DNA of 37,277 nt from Octopus bimaculoides (GCF_001194135.2 NC_068983.1:36112772-36150048); one strand, 5' to 3'; shown: positions 12,338-25,159, counted from the first letter of the stretch. Notes: generated from the letters alone by a model not told the origin. Numbers and translations: made by a program.

Positions 12338-12407
12338 CTGTAATCCTTTTTAAGGCCTTCAAAAACTTGGCCAGAATGCTTGCTAGACTGGATTCCATTC
12401 AAGACAT
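12338..12407 (-). CDS. Candidate 70-nt cassette exon (VLNGIQSSKHSGQVFEGLKKDY); frameshifting relative to the DIS3L2 frame
   Basis: Acceptor gtttggtctttag|, donor CAG|gtacca; the only open reading is phase 1 to 2. Confidence 0.35.
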
Positions 12408-13247
12408 CTAAAGACCAAACATTAGTATTAAACTGGGTGATGGATTAAGTCTATCACCAAATCCTACTTAGAAATAAGTAGAAGGAAAATGTATTTAAAA
12501 TGAAATCTTTAATATTAAAGCAATATATAAATGCAGGGTTCATCTGTATCAGAGCATATCCTTGCTAATCTTGTATTATTTTGTCTGATTCTGTCAGGTT
12601 AAGGCAAATTGACAAAATAACGGAGTAGATAGAGGAAAGGAATACTATCAAGTCAAATTATATAATCACTAAAGAAGGTTGACATTAAATTATTCTATGT
12701 AGCCAACTAATATTCATTAGGATAAAAGAAGAAAATACATTATTTCAGGAAATCATTTAATTTTTACCATTTTATATTCATTTTTCCATTTCAGTAAATT
12801 ATTTTTTAAAATTTACTATTTTCCATCCCTGATTGAACAAGGAAATAGCTATTTGTTGATACAATTCCTTTACTGTTCTATGTTCTTCCTATTGTTAATA
12901 ATTCAACTCCCACAGTGAAACCAGTGAGTTTTATTTAATTAACAAGGCAGACTGGGACACATGTAACACAATGGCAGCAGTAAAATCTGGATTTATGACT
13001 AATGTGGTCAAAGGTCAACCATATTAACCAGATGACCATTATGAAGATAAGAAATAACCATTAATGGAAAAATAATCTGGTCCAATGACTAAGTGATTAA
13101 AGAAGCTAGACGACTGACCACAAAGTCATAAGATCAAACGTCTTTGTGTTATGCCTCCTACTCTGAGCAAAGTACTAAACTCAAAAACCTTTCCCTCTAT
13201 GGATACAAAGTATTAAATAGATAAACAGTATAGACTGTAGTATTTAC

Positions 13248-13317
13248 ATAGTTCAAACAACGTAAATTGTTTTATGCCATGAGGAAGAAGAGAAAGCTTT
13301 AACACTAGGGAGCTACA
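13248..13317 (-). CDS. Candidate exon (CSSLVLKLSLLPHGIKQFTLFEL)
   Basis: Acceptor ccttcatttgcag|, donor CTAT|gtaaat; 70 nt, phase 0 to 1; bridges 15718 (phase 0) and 10020 (phase 1). Confidence 0.5.
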
Positions 13318-13463
13318 CTGCAAATGAAGGTTTGTGATTTTGTATCCTAGTGTTACAATCTTTAGTCTTTTTTTTCTTCTCTTTCTGTTTCCAAAGAAGG
13401 ACAAATGTCTGAGACATTAGACATCTTCTTCACACCATAAAACATATTTCATTGTTTGAACTA

Positions 13464-13678
13464 CAGTAACCCCTTGACTATCACGGATGTTACGTTCCAA
13501 AACCCAATAGGTGAAAATCTGCGAAGGAAAAACAATACTGTACTATATATATTTTTAAAATTATTTTTATAGTATATATTTATTTTATTATAAATGGAAA
13601 ACAACACCGTGGAGGAATCGATGTAAGCTTAAATAATAAACCGCGATAAGTGAATCGCAATATGGCAAGGGATTACTG
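13464..13678. mobile_element. pogo/Tigger-type MITE
   Basis: TA|cagtaaccccttgactat ... atatggcaagggattactg|TA. Confidence 0.8.
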
Positions 13679-14639
13679 TATTTGTATTATGGTTTTTAAT
13701 GATGTAGAATATCTCTAGCTTATTAGGATTCTACTGTTTCACTAGTACTTGTATAGATATCTAGAAAATAAGTATTATTCAAGATAATATTAAGCAATTC
13801 AAAGCATTAAAAATATTATTAAGAATTACAGATATTTAACAATAATATAATAATATATATTTCAGTGAAACAAAACCATGTAAGAAGATTCTTTTGGAAA
13901 GTACATCTATCTTCATTTATCACAGGTGTTTGGTTAAAAACAAAAAACACCTTTTTAAAACAAATCAGTTATAAATGAATGATAGAACATATGGGAAAAA
14001 TTGGTTTTGTTCCTTGACCCCAGGTTTTCCTGAGCATTGTGGATGGTCACTGATGCATGCTTTTGTAGTCTAAACAGAATCTTTGATTGTCAACCACGTT
14101 GTTAAGCATAACATGACTCACAAGTGTATTATATTATCCCAGATCAGTAACAAATTAATTAGTGATAAACGAGGATAGATGTACTAGAAAACGGAATCTA
14201 CATAAAGGTTGTACAAAATTAGAGATAGTAATGAAAGGGAAAATATACATTATTTTCAAGAATTATAAAAAGAAACAATATTTAATTTAATTTTTGTTTG
14301 AATTTGCAAAATGTAATTTACCTAAAATTCCATTTGGTGGCTGAGGGTATGTCTGTTTAAACTGTGGTCTGTAGTTTTGTTTGTTGGGTGGCTACAATAA
14401 TAATAAAAAACCATAAACCTCATTGTTAAGTGAAAACGTCTAATACAAATGTATCAAATAACGGTGTTAATGAAGTTGCAACCAAAGGTGAAAGCCTTTC
14501 GCCTGGCAGGTGTCGTGTGTTCAAGTAGCACAGGCCCAGTTGTCATCTAGAGACTGCTTGTATACAAAACCAGAGGCAGAGAAGAAGGTGAGATAAAGAG
14601 GCAAACCAAACAGTAATTGAATGCTGGATCAGGAGTGAA

Positions 14640-14900
14640 GCCAGTAGAATGGGATTCCGACAGCAAATGAAAGTAAAATGGAATAAAATAGGACTCTTTG
14701 AAATAAATGAGAAGGTGCAGATAGTGCCAATTATTGTTGGGTCCTAGGGAACAGTATTGGAAGGCATTAAGGGGAATATAAAAGAAAAGGAGCATAATTT
14801 CGGCAATAAAATTGCATGCAGTTACAGCAATTTAGTATGGCACTGGAATCCTCAAGTGGACAGAGGAGGAACTAAAGGAGTGCCTGGTGTACCCTTGTCA
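14640..14900 (+). mobile_element. Highly degenerate non-LTR retrotransposon remnant
   Basis: Translates to EKVQIVPIIVGS*GTV (resembling restriction-like endonuclease C-termini of R2/R4/NeSL-type elements) and YG.GILKWTEEELK-like RT remnants. Confidence 0.4.
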
Positions 14901-15194
14901 GACTGGTAGTATATTGGGCTTCATACATTTGCACCTCAGAGTCACTTTGATGGCATGTGCTGCTCTCTCACTCAATAACACATAACATTTTGAAAATGGT
15001 GAATACCATCAGTTTTTTTTACATAAAGTAAATTCTTATTAAATTTCATTAAAACACAGTTTATATCATGGAACCCCAGATTTATTTTATGAAATTCTGG
15101 GACTACTTGGCATCCACTTTGAAAAACACTGATATATATGATACCATGTAGATTTATATGGTGGCTGTATTTGTCACCAAGTTTGGAACATTAA

Positions 15195-15627
15195 CCCTTT
15201 AGCATTCAAACTGGAATAATAATAGAAGAGACAGCATGAGGACAACACTTGTTGAGAAGTAAGTGATATTTCACTCGGTCTTTATATTGATTTTACTCGC
15301 CTGGTTGTTACAGTTCTTATTGAGATGAGGATCTATTGGGTTGGCACCACCCCTGTGCACCATTGACAACAATAGTAACACTATCTCATTAGCAGGTTGG
15401 GAAAATAATGGCTTCTCAACTTCTTCAAGAAGCTGCGAATATGAACCTTTTATTCATATTGTTTCGAATTAATCCTGAATTATCTGTGGCTTTGAGATTT
15501 CACTGATGTGATTGCTTATTTTCAGAATAACATTGTAAGATAGGTGTGAGAAGCCAGATCTAGCCAGTTTAAACATAAAACAAGTAGAATATTAAGGCCA
15601 GATATGGCCGGTTTAAATGCTAAAGGG
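15195..15627. mobile_element. TTAA-flanked piggyBac-like MITE carrying captured host sequence
   Basis: TTAA at 15191-15194 and 15628-15631; TIRs ccctttagcattcaaactgg / ccggtttaaatgctaaaggg; the right part matches family members at 720-945 and about 31540-31747. Confidence 0.85.
15210..15452 (-). pseudogene. Captured copy of 15637-15869 (most of exon 15718-15872 plus downstream intron) inside a MITE
   Basis: Direct repeat with about 9 substitutions across the exonic part; donor changed from gtaagt to gcgagt; native acceptor absent. Confidence 0.9.
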
Positions 15628-15717
15628 TTAATAATTACTGGAATAATGATAGAAGAGGACAACAGTTGTTGAGAAGCAAGTGATATTTCACTTGGTCTTT
15701 ATATTGATTTTACTTAC

Positions 15718-15872
15718 CTGGTTGTTACAGTTCTTATTGAGATGAGGATCCATCGGGTTGGAACCACCCCTGTGCGCCATTGACGACAATAGTAACACTA
15801 TCTCGTCAGCAGGTTGGTAAAATAATGGCTTCTCAACTTCTTCAAGAAGCTGTGAATATGAACCTTTTACTT
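15718..15872 (-). CDS. Probable exon (VKGSYSQLLEEVEKPLFYQPADEIVLLLSSMAHRGGSNPMDPHLNKNCNNQ)
   Basis: Acceptor tttgtttgttccgcag|, consensus donor CAG|gtaagt; 155 nt; only the phase 1 to 0 frame is open. Confidence 0.75.
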
Positions 15873-16315
15873 CTGCGGAACAAACAAATACTAGATAGAA
15901 AATTGCTCATGAAAATGTAGATGATGTTGGATGACATTCACATGGAAACAAAAATAATTTAAATGCTAATAAAATCACTAGAATTTGAAAAGACAAACAA
16001 ATGTCAGACAATGTCTGTAAGAAACAGTACATTTAGCAGCAGCAGCAGCAGCAATAATGATAATAATAATTGAGGTATGTCAGCAGACTGTGAGGAGAAG
16101 AAATATCAAACAGAAAATGAGTTTTATCACACCACACCATCTTTAAAAAGGGAAAGCCATAAAATAATATAATTCTTGATGCGTCTATAAAGACAGGGTG
16201 ATAATAACTGCATCATGAGTCAACTCAATCAGGGTTGACCTAGGGTTAAACAAAAACATTCACATGTTTAAAATAAATGAATATGAATTCAGTTATTTTC
16301 TTTTATAAATGATAC

Positions 16316-16451
16316 TATTTTCCTGCACCAACCAATGTACAATATTGTACATTTCCTTAATAATTCTTTCATCACTATTGCAACAATTATCGCAAAGTCT
16401 ATGGTTCATTAATGAAGTCAGAATAAGACTGAATATGTCTGGAGTTATTTC
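16316..16451 (-). CDS. Candidate exon (EITPDIFSLILTSLMNHRLCDNCCNSDERIIKEMYNIVHWLVQEN)
   Basis: Protein-like open frame; acceptor ...ctgacaaataagag| (an alternative AG lies 2 nt upstream), donor AATA|gtatca; phase 0 to 1 fits 15872. Confidence 0.5.
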
Positions 16452-16609
16452 CTCTTATTTGTCAGCAAAAATTATATTAGTCATTGAATAATATGCTGTT
16501 TTATTCTCTCATTTCTTTTAAATGCTCTATAATTCAAACAGCTACATACACACACATTGATAGATACACAGAAAGATATATTCATCACAAGGTCCAGCCC
16601 TTGTTGTAC

Positions 16610-16880
16610 AGTGGTAGCTTATGTGTGTGAATGACCCTGAGAGCTATGCCAGTGGAATACTAGCTCCTGGTAGGGCCTTCCATGACAGACAGGTCCAAGG
16701 ATAGAGGCTAGACGAATAGGCAGCATGTCTCCCCAGAAGTAAAAGGGCCAACAACCCTACCTAGAAAATAGCAAAGTTACAGGAGCATTGATTATAATTC
16801 AAAACCAACTCAAGAGAGGATAACCTAGAACCAAGAACAGTGGAGAAAAGTCATCGATGGCCAATGTTCCATAGAGATAT
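16610..16880 (+). mobile_element. Possible internally deleted RTE-type element (5' leader joined to a 3' end)
   Basis: ccctgagagctatgcc...agctcctggtagggc...acaggtccaaggatagaggctagacga resembles RTE 5' leaders, and cagtggagaaaagtcatcgatggccaatgttcc resembles RTE 3' ends; both comparisons are from memory. Confidence 0.45.
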
Positions 16881-17503
16881 ATATACATAACATATGGTAT
16901 AATTATAAATAGGGCAAATTTTAACCATTTCTCCTTAATCAATTTTCAAACCTTATTGGGTTCCCAGCCGAAGCATTCACATCATTTTGACAATCTCTAG
17001 AGAAACAAGCAGCCAAACTGTTTATATACTCAACAAATGCAGCAGTTACTCTATGAAGGAGTCCCTAATTTGCATACCAAAAGTGTTTAACACTCTATAA
17101 ATACCAGTGGCTTGTCAATGGGGATTTTAGTCCACACAGTATCAAAGTATGATATAATATATATGTAATATACAGTATATATATATGTATGTAAATATAT
17201 ATATATATATGTATATATATAAGCGAAAATGAAGAGTGGAAGTATATTCACATCCAAAACTTTTTATTAAAAAAGTTTTCTACAGTATAAATAAATAACA
17301 ATGACCAACATATGCTTCAATTGCAGCAACTACATATTGCTCTGTATGCAATTGTGCATCCTAGTCACTGTAATTTCATCAAAGGTCCATTACTTATGAC
17401 GTTTTCAAAGTGAACTAATTCAAACAAACTTCCTGTGTTGGTATTCAGTTGAAAGTGGTAGCATCACTTTTTAAATCAAATTGGATTCTGGTCTCAAAAT
17501 CAC

Positions 17504-17574
17504 CTCTACTGGTATTACAGTGGAATCATGGTTTATAAAATGTTCATTCATATTACAGTCACTCTTTGCTTCTG
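17504..17574 (-). CDS. Candidate exon (EAKSDCNMNEHFINHDSTVIPVE)
   Basis: NAGNAG acceptor atatttag|cag|, donor GAG|gtgatt; 71 nt, phase 1 to 0. Confidence 0.4.
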
Positions 17575-19107
17575 CTAAATATTACTAAAAAAAATATACA
17601 AATGAATATATATATATATGTAGTTTGCCTATTAAAACTGTGTACAGTGAAACCTGTACAATTTCAAATATACTAAGTTTCAATTAAGCAGAAGTTTGTA
17701 ACTAGATGCAAGGAAAATTCCAGTTATTTATCAATAAGATATCTGTTGAGTTGTTATTAAGTACAACCACCTGTTGTGCTAAAATTACAGACATAATCTC
17801 CATGTTATGGACTCCCATGAAGATCAAAACATACATAGTTATGACAAGATCAAGACTATTCCTTAAACACTGACAGCACTTCAATGAAGGATGCAACAGC
17901 AGTGGTAACAGGTGAATCACAACTGCTCCTACCTATACACTTTCTGTTCCCTCATCAGCTAGGGAACAACAGAAGTGGCACTATTTCATTGTCACAAAGC
18001 AGTGAGCTGGCAGAAATGTTAGCACGCTGGACAAAGTGCTTAGCAGTATTTCGCCCGTCGCTATGTTCTGAGTTGAAATTAGAATAAGTGAAGGGAGAGG
18101 AGAGAAAATAGTAATTCAGTGAAGAAGTAGTGAGAGTAATAGCCCTGACTAAGAGAGAAAGAGTGAGAGAAAGGAAGTGGCAAAGAGTGCATCATGTATA
18201 TTCTGTTTTTCTTTGTCACAACACATGAATGAGAAAGGAAGGGGTGAAAAAAATCAGTGTTTCAACTCTGTGTGAGTGTATGTGTGTGTGTGTATGTGTG
18301 TGCGTGTGTGTGTGTTTGTGTGCAGTGGAAATGGGATGGTGAATATTCAACGCTGAAAAGAAAAATCAAACAGCATTTCAACTCTGAGTTTATGCATGTA
18401 TATGTGTACATGTACAAGGGAAGTATGTGAATGCTTGTATCTGTGATTATTATGTACCTTATTTTGTACCTTATTTATATATAAAATACTACAATTAGCC
18501 GTCATTTTTGATGGCATGGTGCCAACTAGTATATTATAATTTATATTTAATTGAATCAGAGATGGTACATTTTTACTGACTCTAACTTCAAGACTCTTGA
18601 CTCCACAGATTTGCACACAATATACCATATATATCATCATCATCATCATTTAACATCCGCTTTCCATGCTAGCATAGGTAGGATGATTTGACTGAGGACT
18701 GGTGAACCAGATGGCTACACCAGGCTCCAATCTGATTTGGCAGAGTTTCTACAGCTGGATGCCCTTCCTAACGCCAACCACTCCGAGAGTGTAGTGGGTG
18801 CTTTTATGTGCCACCGGCACGAAGGCCAGTCTGGAGGTACTAGCAATACACACACACATATGAATATATAAAAATACAATGCCCATTATTATATTATAAT
18901 GTGTTAAAATTTCCAATTTCACAGATATTAATTTGATTATTTCCTTGCATTGAAAGAAATCAAATAGCTTAAGACATTCAAACTGAATAGAAGCACCATT
19001 GACGTAACAACATTTTTTTCTTATTGCTGGTTATGAATGACTGAATTTCAGTGTATATATTTATAAATGTATGCGCACGCACACACACACTCTCTCTGTC
19101 TCACAAT

Positions 19108-19145
<38 letters not shown>

Positions 19146-21529
19146 ATATATATATATATATATANNNNNNNNNNNNNNNNNNNNNNNNNNNNNNNNNNNN
19201 NNNNNNNNNNNNNNNNNNNNNNNNNNNNNNNNNNNNNTATATAGGGTTGAACAGACAGAACACAACAAAGAGAAAAAGTTAGACGAAAGCAGAGCAAATG
19301 GGAAACTAAATGAAAACTTAACAGATGGAAAATATAGACAAACACACGATACACAAAATATTTACAGCTGAGTTTTCCTCATCAGTCAATGACCTAAAAT
19401 ATCACAGTGGTTTTGTGCCATTACCATTGAGACCATTCAATCTTGGAGGTGCCAGAGCTGTTATTAAGCTACTGGGAAAAAGCTAACGAATTTATACTAA
19501 GACTGAAACAAACAAGACATTGTATAAATACAACATATGAAGAATTATGCATATATAATGGCACGAAGCCTTACGGCTATATACATCAGAAGAAAGAAAT
19601 AACACTTACACATACATACACACATAACCTCCTCATTGTCATTTTACATTCATTTTCCAAGCTGGCATGGGTTTGACAGGTCATGATGTTACAAGCATTT
19701 CTTATTGGGACCACTGTTCTCATAAAACTGGTGCTTGTATGCATCATTTATATGAACAGATGTATGCACATGTACACATGTTGTACATGTGCATACATCC
19801 ATTCATATAAGTGTGTATAAATATTCATACACACATATATACATTATATGAATATAATCTTCATTACTGTTTCCATTATCATCAGCACTATTTACATCAT
19901 CTTTCCTGTGATGTTCAATGCTCTCATGTTTGTCCCAGCCTGGTCGGCTTTAGGCTATATCTACAATAAATATCTGCCAATTCTCACCATCTCACAGTCT
20001 CTCTTCACCCAGCTTGTATCATCCATTTCCTTCAAATGTTAAAAACCAATAATGCAGTTGTCTCCCTTCTGAGTCAACAAGATCTTTATGAAATCATTCA
20101 ACCTGCTAGAAATAGCAACCAAATCTCAATATCCTTTTGTCTTAAATAAAAGGAAGAACTATTATCATCATTTAATGTCCATTTTTCATGCTGGCATGGG
20201 GGGAGGGGCGCTTGACAGGAACTGGCAAGGCCAGGGGTTGCACCAGGTTCCATAGTCTGTTTTTGCTTGGGTTTTACAGTTGGATACCCTTCCTAATGCC
20301 AACCACTTTATAAGATGTACAGGGTGCTTCTTATATGGCACTATCACCAGTGCTTTTTACGTGACACCATCACCAGTGTTTTTCATGTGGCAACAGCACT
20401 GGCACAAACGCTTTCTATGTGGCCAACACCAATGCTTAATGTAGTACTAGATATACAAAAAGATGGGACAGCTAAATTAGAACTGACCTAGGGCTATACA
20501 ACAAGTGACATACTCTGAAAATGCTGAACTTTGGAAAGATAAACTGGACACTTGCATAAAAATAAATGTTGTATGGCAAAATGACCAACAAATGATTCAA
20601 ACTGGGCTCAAATTTTCAAATTCTATAAGAATTTGGCTTTAATCCTTGAGCAAAATATGCTGTTACATATACTAAGAGTGAACATCTTGATTAAACTAAA
20701 CAACTGTTCAACCCATGCCAGCATGGGAAACAGACATTAAATGATGATGCCAACAATCTGACAACTGAAAGGGCTTATAGGTTCCATAGATAAGGCTATA
20801 TTTCATCATTAAATAATTACTCTATCTCTGTATTAACTAGTTCAAATCCTGCCACAGTCAACTTTGCCTTTCATCCCTCCTGGGTTAATAAAATTAATAA
20901 GTAGCAGTCATTTACTGGGGAGGGCAAGGGAATCAATTCCCCACTCCCCTGAAAATTGCTAGCCTTGTGCCTAACTCAGAATCAAAAGTTGGTGAGCAAA
21001 CAGTGTATGTTCCAGATCTTTACATTCTAAGTTCAATTCCTGCCAAGGTCAATACTGCCTTTTATCTCACCAGGATTAACAAAATCAAGCACCAGGTTTG
21101 GACTGAGGCCAATGGCATTGACTAACAAACTCCTTTCTAAACTACTGGCGTCTTTCTGCCTAAATAACAATTATTATTATTATATGTTTGACTTTTTCTT
21201 TGTATTTGTACAAGTTGGCTCCAAGTTTCACCCAGAAACTTTAAGAGACAATAAGTTAGAAGTTCAAGTTGGTGTTATGCCTAGGGTGTCATATATTTGG
21301 TTTTGCACATAGTATTGTTCTAGAGAATGTTTAAGAAAACATAAGAAAATTATAAGTTTGTTTTAACATTTGAGATTACATAGCCAGTATTTTATGTAGG
21401 TTATTATTGTTATTATAGATGTTGCACAGTATACAATAACTTGAGGTTATTGATTGAAGATGTTGTCTACTGGGGGTTGGTACTGTCTGTCAAGTCACAA
21501 CAAAGGCCTCAGATTATTATTATTATGTC

Positions 21530-22497
21530 AGGGTGCATGGCCTAGTGGTTAGGGTGTTGCATTCAAGACCACAAAATCATAGTTTCAATTCCTAGATCAG
21601 GTAGTGTATTGTGCTCATGAGCAAAACACTTTGACACCTGGTGCAAGGTACACTGTACACCCAATGTGTGGTACACAGTACACCTGTTCAGGCAATGTCA
21701 ATTTGATGGCAGGATAGAGCTAATGTGCAGCACATCCATTTGATCACTATAAACAAATCACCTGTACAGGTTGTTTGGTAAAAGCTGACCCCTCATATGT
21801 CACCTTCGATAGGAGAGTCTGTCATTATTAAGGCAATGAGCTGGCAGAATCATTAGCACACCTGGCAAAATGCTTAGCATTTCATTGGTCTTCATGTTCT
21901 GAGTTCAAATTCTACTGAGGTGGACTTTGCCTTTTGTCATAAATACTAGCTGAGTTAATGTAATTGACTTAACCCCACCACCCCAAAATTACTGACCATA
22001 TGCCAAAATTTGAAACCATAATTATTATTATTATTATTATTAAGGTAGTGAGCTGACAGAATTGTTAGCATGCTAGGCGAAATGCTTAGCGGTATTTTGC
22101 CTGTTGCTATGTTCTGAGTTCAAATTCCACCAAGGTCGACTTTGCCTTTCATCCTTTCATGGTCGATAAATGAAGTACCAGTCGAACACTGGGATCAATG
22201 TAATTGACACATCCCCTTCCCCAAAATGGCTGCCCTTGTGGCAAAATTTGAAAGCATTATTATTATTATTAAGGTGGTGAGCTGGCACAATTGTTAGCAC
22301 ACTGGACGAAATGCTTAGTAATATTTCGCCTGTTGCTACATTCTGAATTAAAATTCCACTAAGGTCAATTTTGCCTTTCATCCTTTCGGGGTCAATAAAT
22401 TAAGTACCAATGAAACACTAGGGTTGATGTAATCGAATAGTCACCTCCCCACAAATTTCAGGTCTTGTGCCTATAGTAGAAAGGATTATTATTATTA
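21530..22497 (+). mobile_element. Head-to-tail train of four SINEs (one of one family, three of another), separated by (ATT)n tails
   Basis: Units start at about 21530, 21831, 22042 and 22272; the last three share gagctggcagaa..gttagca...gttctgagttcaaattc..ccgaggtcgactttgcctttcatcc. Confidence 0.85.
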
Positions 22498-23411
22498 CTA
22501 TTATCTTTTAATATGCCTTAGAAATTTAATTGAGTCCATACTAGGTGCTCCCCCACTTATTTCCATCCATTCTTCTATAATGTGAGTAGACATGTAGCTC
22601 GGCAAAAAACCTGTTCTGCTCTGGTCCCTTCTACCATACTTTAAATTCTCATCTCCTAGCATAAAGTTGTCTCCCTTTCTACTGTAGCCATACTCAGTTG
22701 AAGAAGATCTTAGTCTTGCAAGCTACATGGTGACCTCACTAGAGCTGGTCCCATAAAATGAAAGCACCCAGTACACTCTATAAAGTGGTTGGCATTAGTA
22801 AGGACATCTAGCCATAGAAACCATGTCAAAGCAGGCAGAACTTGGCACAGAAGGCAGACCTTAGAACTGTTGGGTCCTGTTAAACTCTGCAACCCATGCT
22901 AGCATGGAACATGGATGATGGAGATGACGAAGATGATGGTGATGCTCTCCATCAAGTTACATAATCTTAGTGAATACCTTTTGCAAGATGTTGGCAGTTC
23001 TAAAAAGTGCCAGTTTCTGTAAAGAATATTAGGTGTTATATTTAGAATTTTGATGTTAGGAATAGAGCCAGAGGTATCCCATTACTTATTTAGACAAGTA
23101 TTTATTTTATCAATCTTCATCAAATGGCTGAGTAACCCTTGTATATAAAGAGCTGCGATCCACCACACTATTTAAAAGTGTTATGCCCAAACACATACAA
23201 TAAATGCTTCTGTACAGTTTCAGGCTACCAAATTCTATTGACAAGGAATTAATCAACCTAAGGTTAGAGTGGAAGACACTAGCTCAAAGTGCTGTGCAGT
23301 GGGTTCAAACCTCAAATCACATTGTGGCAAAGTAAAAATCTGCACTCCACAGCTACAGCTGAACCTGTCTTTGACTTATATTTTCTTTATACAAAACAAC
23401 AAACATGTAAC

Positions 23412-23651
23412 CATCTTGTCTTAATGTAATATTTTGGTTTACATTATCTGTGTCCTTGTTTTCAGATGATAGAATGTGATTTGAAGAAAATTTGATTGTT
23501 ATTTTTAGCAGGTCAAATGAGCATGTTGAGGCTACTTCACTGGCTTGAACTGAGAGAATATGTAAAAGGTCTTTCACTGGCTTGTTATTTGTAATTATTT
23601 GAAAAGAAGCTGAATGTTCTGTCTCATTGGTATCACACACCTCCCCATAAT
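23412..23651 (-). CDS. Probable exon (YGEVCDTNETEHSASFQIITNNKPVKDLL...NITLRQD)
   Basis: Lies within the 23353-23664 ORF; acceptor cttatttttggtttctgaag|, weak donor GATG|gttaca; 240 nt, phase 1-1. Confidence 0.55.
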
Positions 23652-23940
23652 CTTCAGAAACCAAAAATAAGTTCTGAAAGTTTTTTTCAGTTTAATATAG
23701 GTTAATAATGTGCTCTGTAGAGACAAATGTTTGTTTTTACTGACAACCATAATATCCTTTCCACTTAAGACACAAGGCCTGAAAGTTTTGGGGAAGGAGG
23801 TTAGTTGATTATACTCACCCTAATGCTTAACTGGTACTTATTTCATTGGCCTCAAAAAGATAAAAGGCAAAATCGACCTTGGCAGAATTTGCTCCATTTT
23901 AAATAAAAGTCCTTTCAAGTAAGAAAGTTATAAACATTAA

Positions 23941-24270
23941 AACTGGCTCCTGTACCGGTGGCACGTAAAAAGCACCACCCGAATGTGGCCAGTGCCAATG
24001 CACCCTGACTGGTTCCCATGCTGGTGGCATGTAAAAAGCACTATCCAAACCTGATTGATGCCAGGTCCGCCTGACTGGCTCCTGTGCTGCGGCATGTAAA
24101 ATGCACCTACTACACTCTTGGAGTGGTTGGTGTTAGGAAGGGCATCCAGCTATAGAAACATTGCCAGATCAAATTGGAGCCTGGTGCAGCCACTGGCTTT
24201 CCAGGACTCAGTCAAACTGTCCAACTCATGCCAGCATGGAAAACGGACGTTGAACGATGATGATGATGAT
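23941..24270 (+). mobile_element. RTE 3'-UTR insertion with about two monomers and (GAT)n tail
   Basis: Same terminus as 24806-25563, 26415-26652, 18635-18845 (minus), 9530-9775 (minus), 11955-12145 (minus), 20163-20430 (minus) and 22740-22940. Confidence 0.8.
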
Positions 24271-24803
24271 GGTGGTGATGGAAATGAGTAAGTGCTAGGT
24301 TAACCCTTTCGATACCATATTTCTGTTGAAATACACTGCTTTTGTTTTAATTAATTTTGAAAATAATGAAGAATTTAGTAAGTGGTTGAAAAAAAAGAAA
24401 GAACATCAGAGATGCTTTGCCCCACACAGAAACTACAGAAGCTACTCAGAGGTTTTGCAAGCTCTTATAAATCTGTTGCAATGCTGGAAACGCTTCTGTA
24501 TCATCAGCTGGTACCTCAGGGTCACAAGCATTTCACCCCTTAGCTTGTATGCTTCACCTGAGTTGGGCAGCAAGGAGTGAGCTGGTCTTCACCTACAGAA
24601 CGATTTCACTCGCAGTCTCTTACTGTCATTAACCCATTAACTCCCAGAGTACTTAAATTTCTGAATATTACTTTTAAATGTTTACAAATTATTGAAAATA
24701 GGTTAAAATGAAAAAAATAATTATTAAAACCCCTTTAGTTCAAGTAGAAATGGAAATTCTTGGTGTCCTATAAATAGGATACTGAGACAATGTGATATAG
24801 CTT

Positions 24804-25159
24804 AGGATTTTCGAGCGAGACCGTTGCTGGTTCCCCTGGACTGGCTCATGTGCAGGCGACACATGAAATCTTTCGAGTGAGATCGTTGCCAGTGCCCCTG
24901 GACTGGCTCTTGTACGGGTGACACAAGAAATTTTTCGAGCGAGATTGTTGCCAGTACCACTGGACTGGCTCTTGTGCGGGGCCGTTGTAGGATTTTCGAG
25001 CGAGATCGTTGCTGGTTCCCCTGGACTGGCTCATGTGCGGGCGACACATGAAATCTTTCGAGTGAGATCGTTGCCAGTGCCCTTGGACTGGCTCTTGTGC
25101 GGGTGACACAAGAAATTTTTCGAGCGAGATTGTTGCCAGTACCACTGGACTGGCTCTTG
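24804..25159 (+). repeat. Higher-order tandem repeat: 185-bp period made of three 61-62 bp monomers (ABC-ABC), running into an N-gap
   Basis: Monomer A (aggattttcgagcgaga.cgttgctggttcccctgg) recurs at 24804 and 24989; the B and C variants recur with the same spacing. Confidence 0.9.

Noticed and set aside
15460-15480. FRINSKQYE reading resembling the DIS3 LRIN motif
   Set aside because: It lies in MITE interior and is followed by a stop; the real motif is at 3150-3203.
17702-17940. Minus-strand ORF with strong donor actat|gtatgt
   Set aside because: Its phase is incompatible with the downstream exons and there is no convincing acceptor.
24804-25159. CRISPR-like regular array
   Set aside because: There are no unique spacers, the monomers are contiguous variants, and the context is a eukaryotic LINE 3' UTR.
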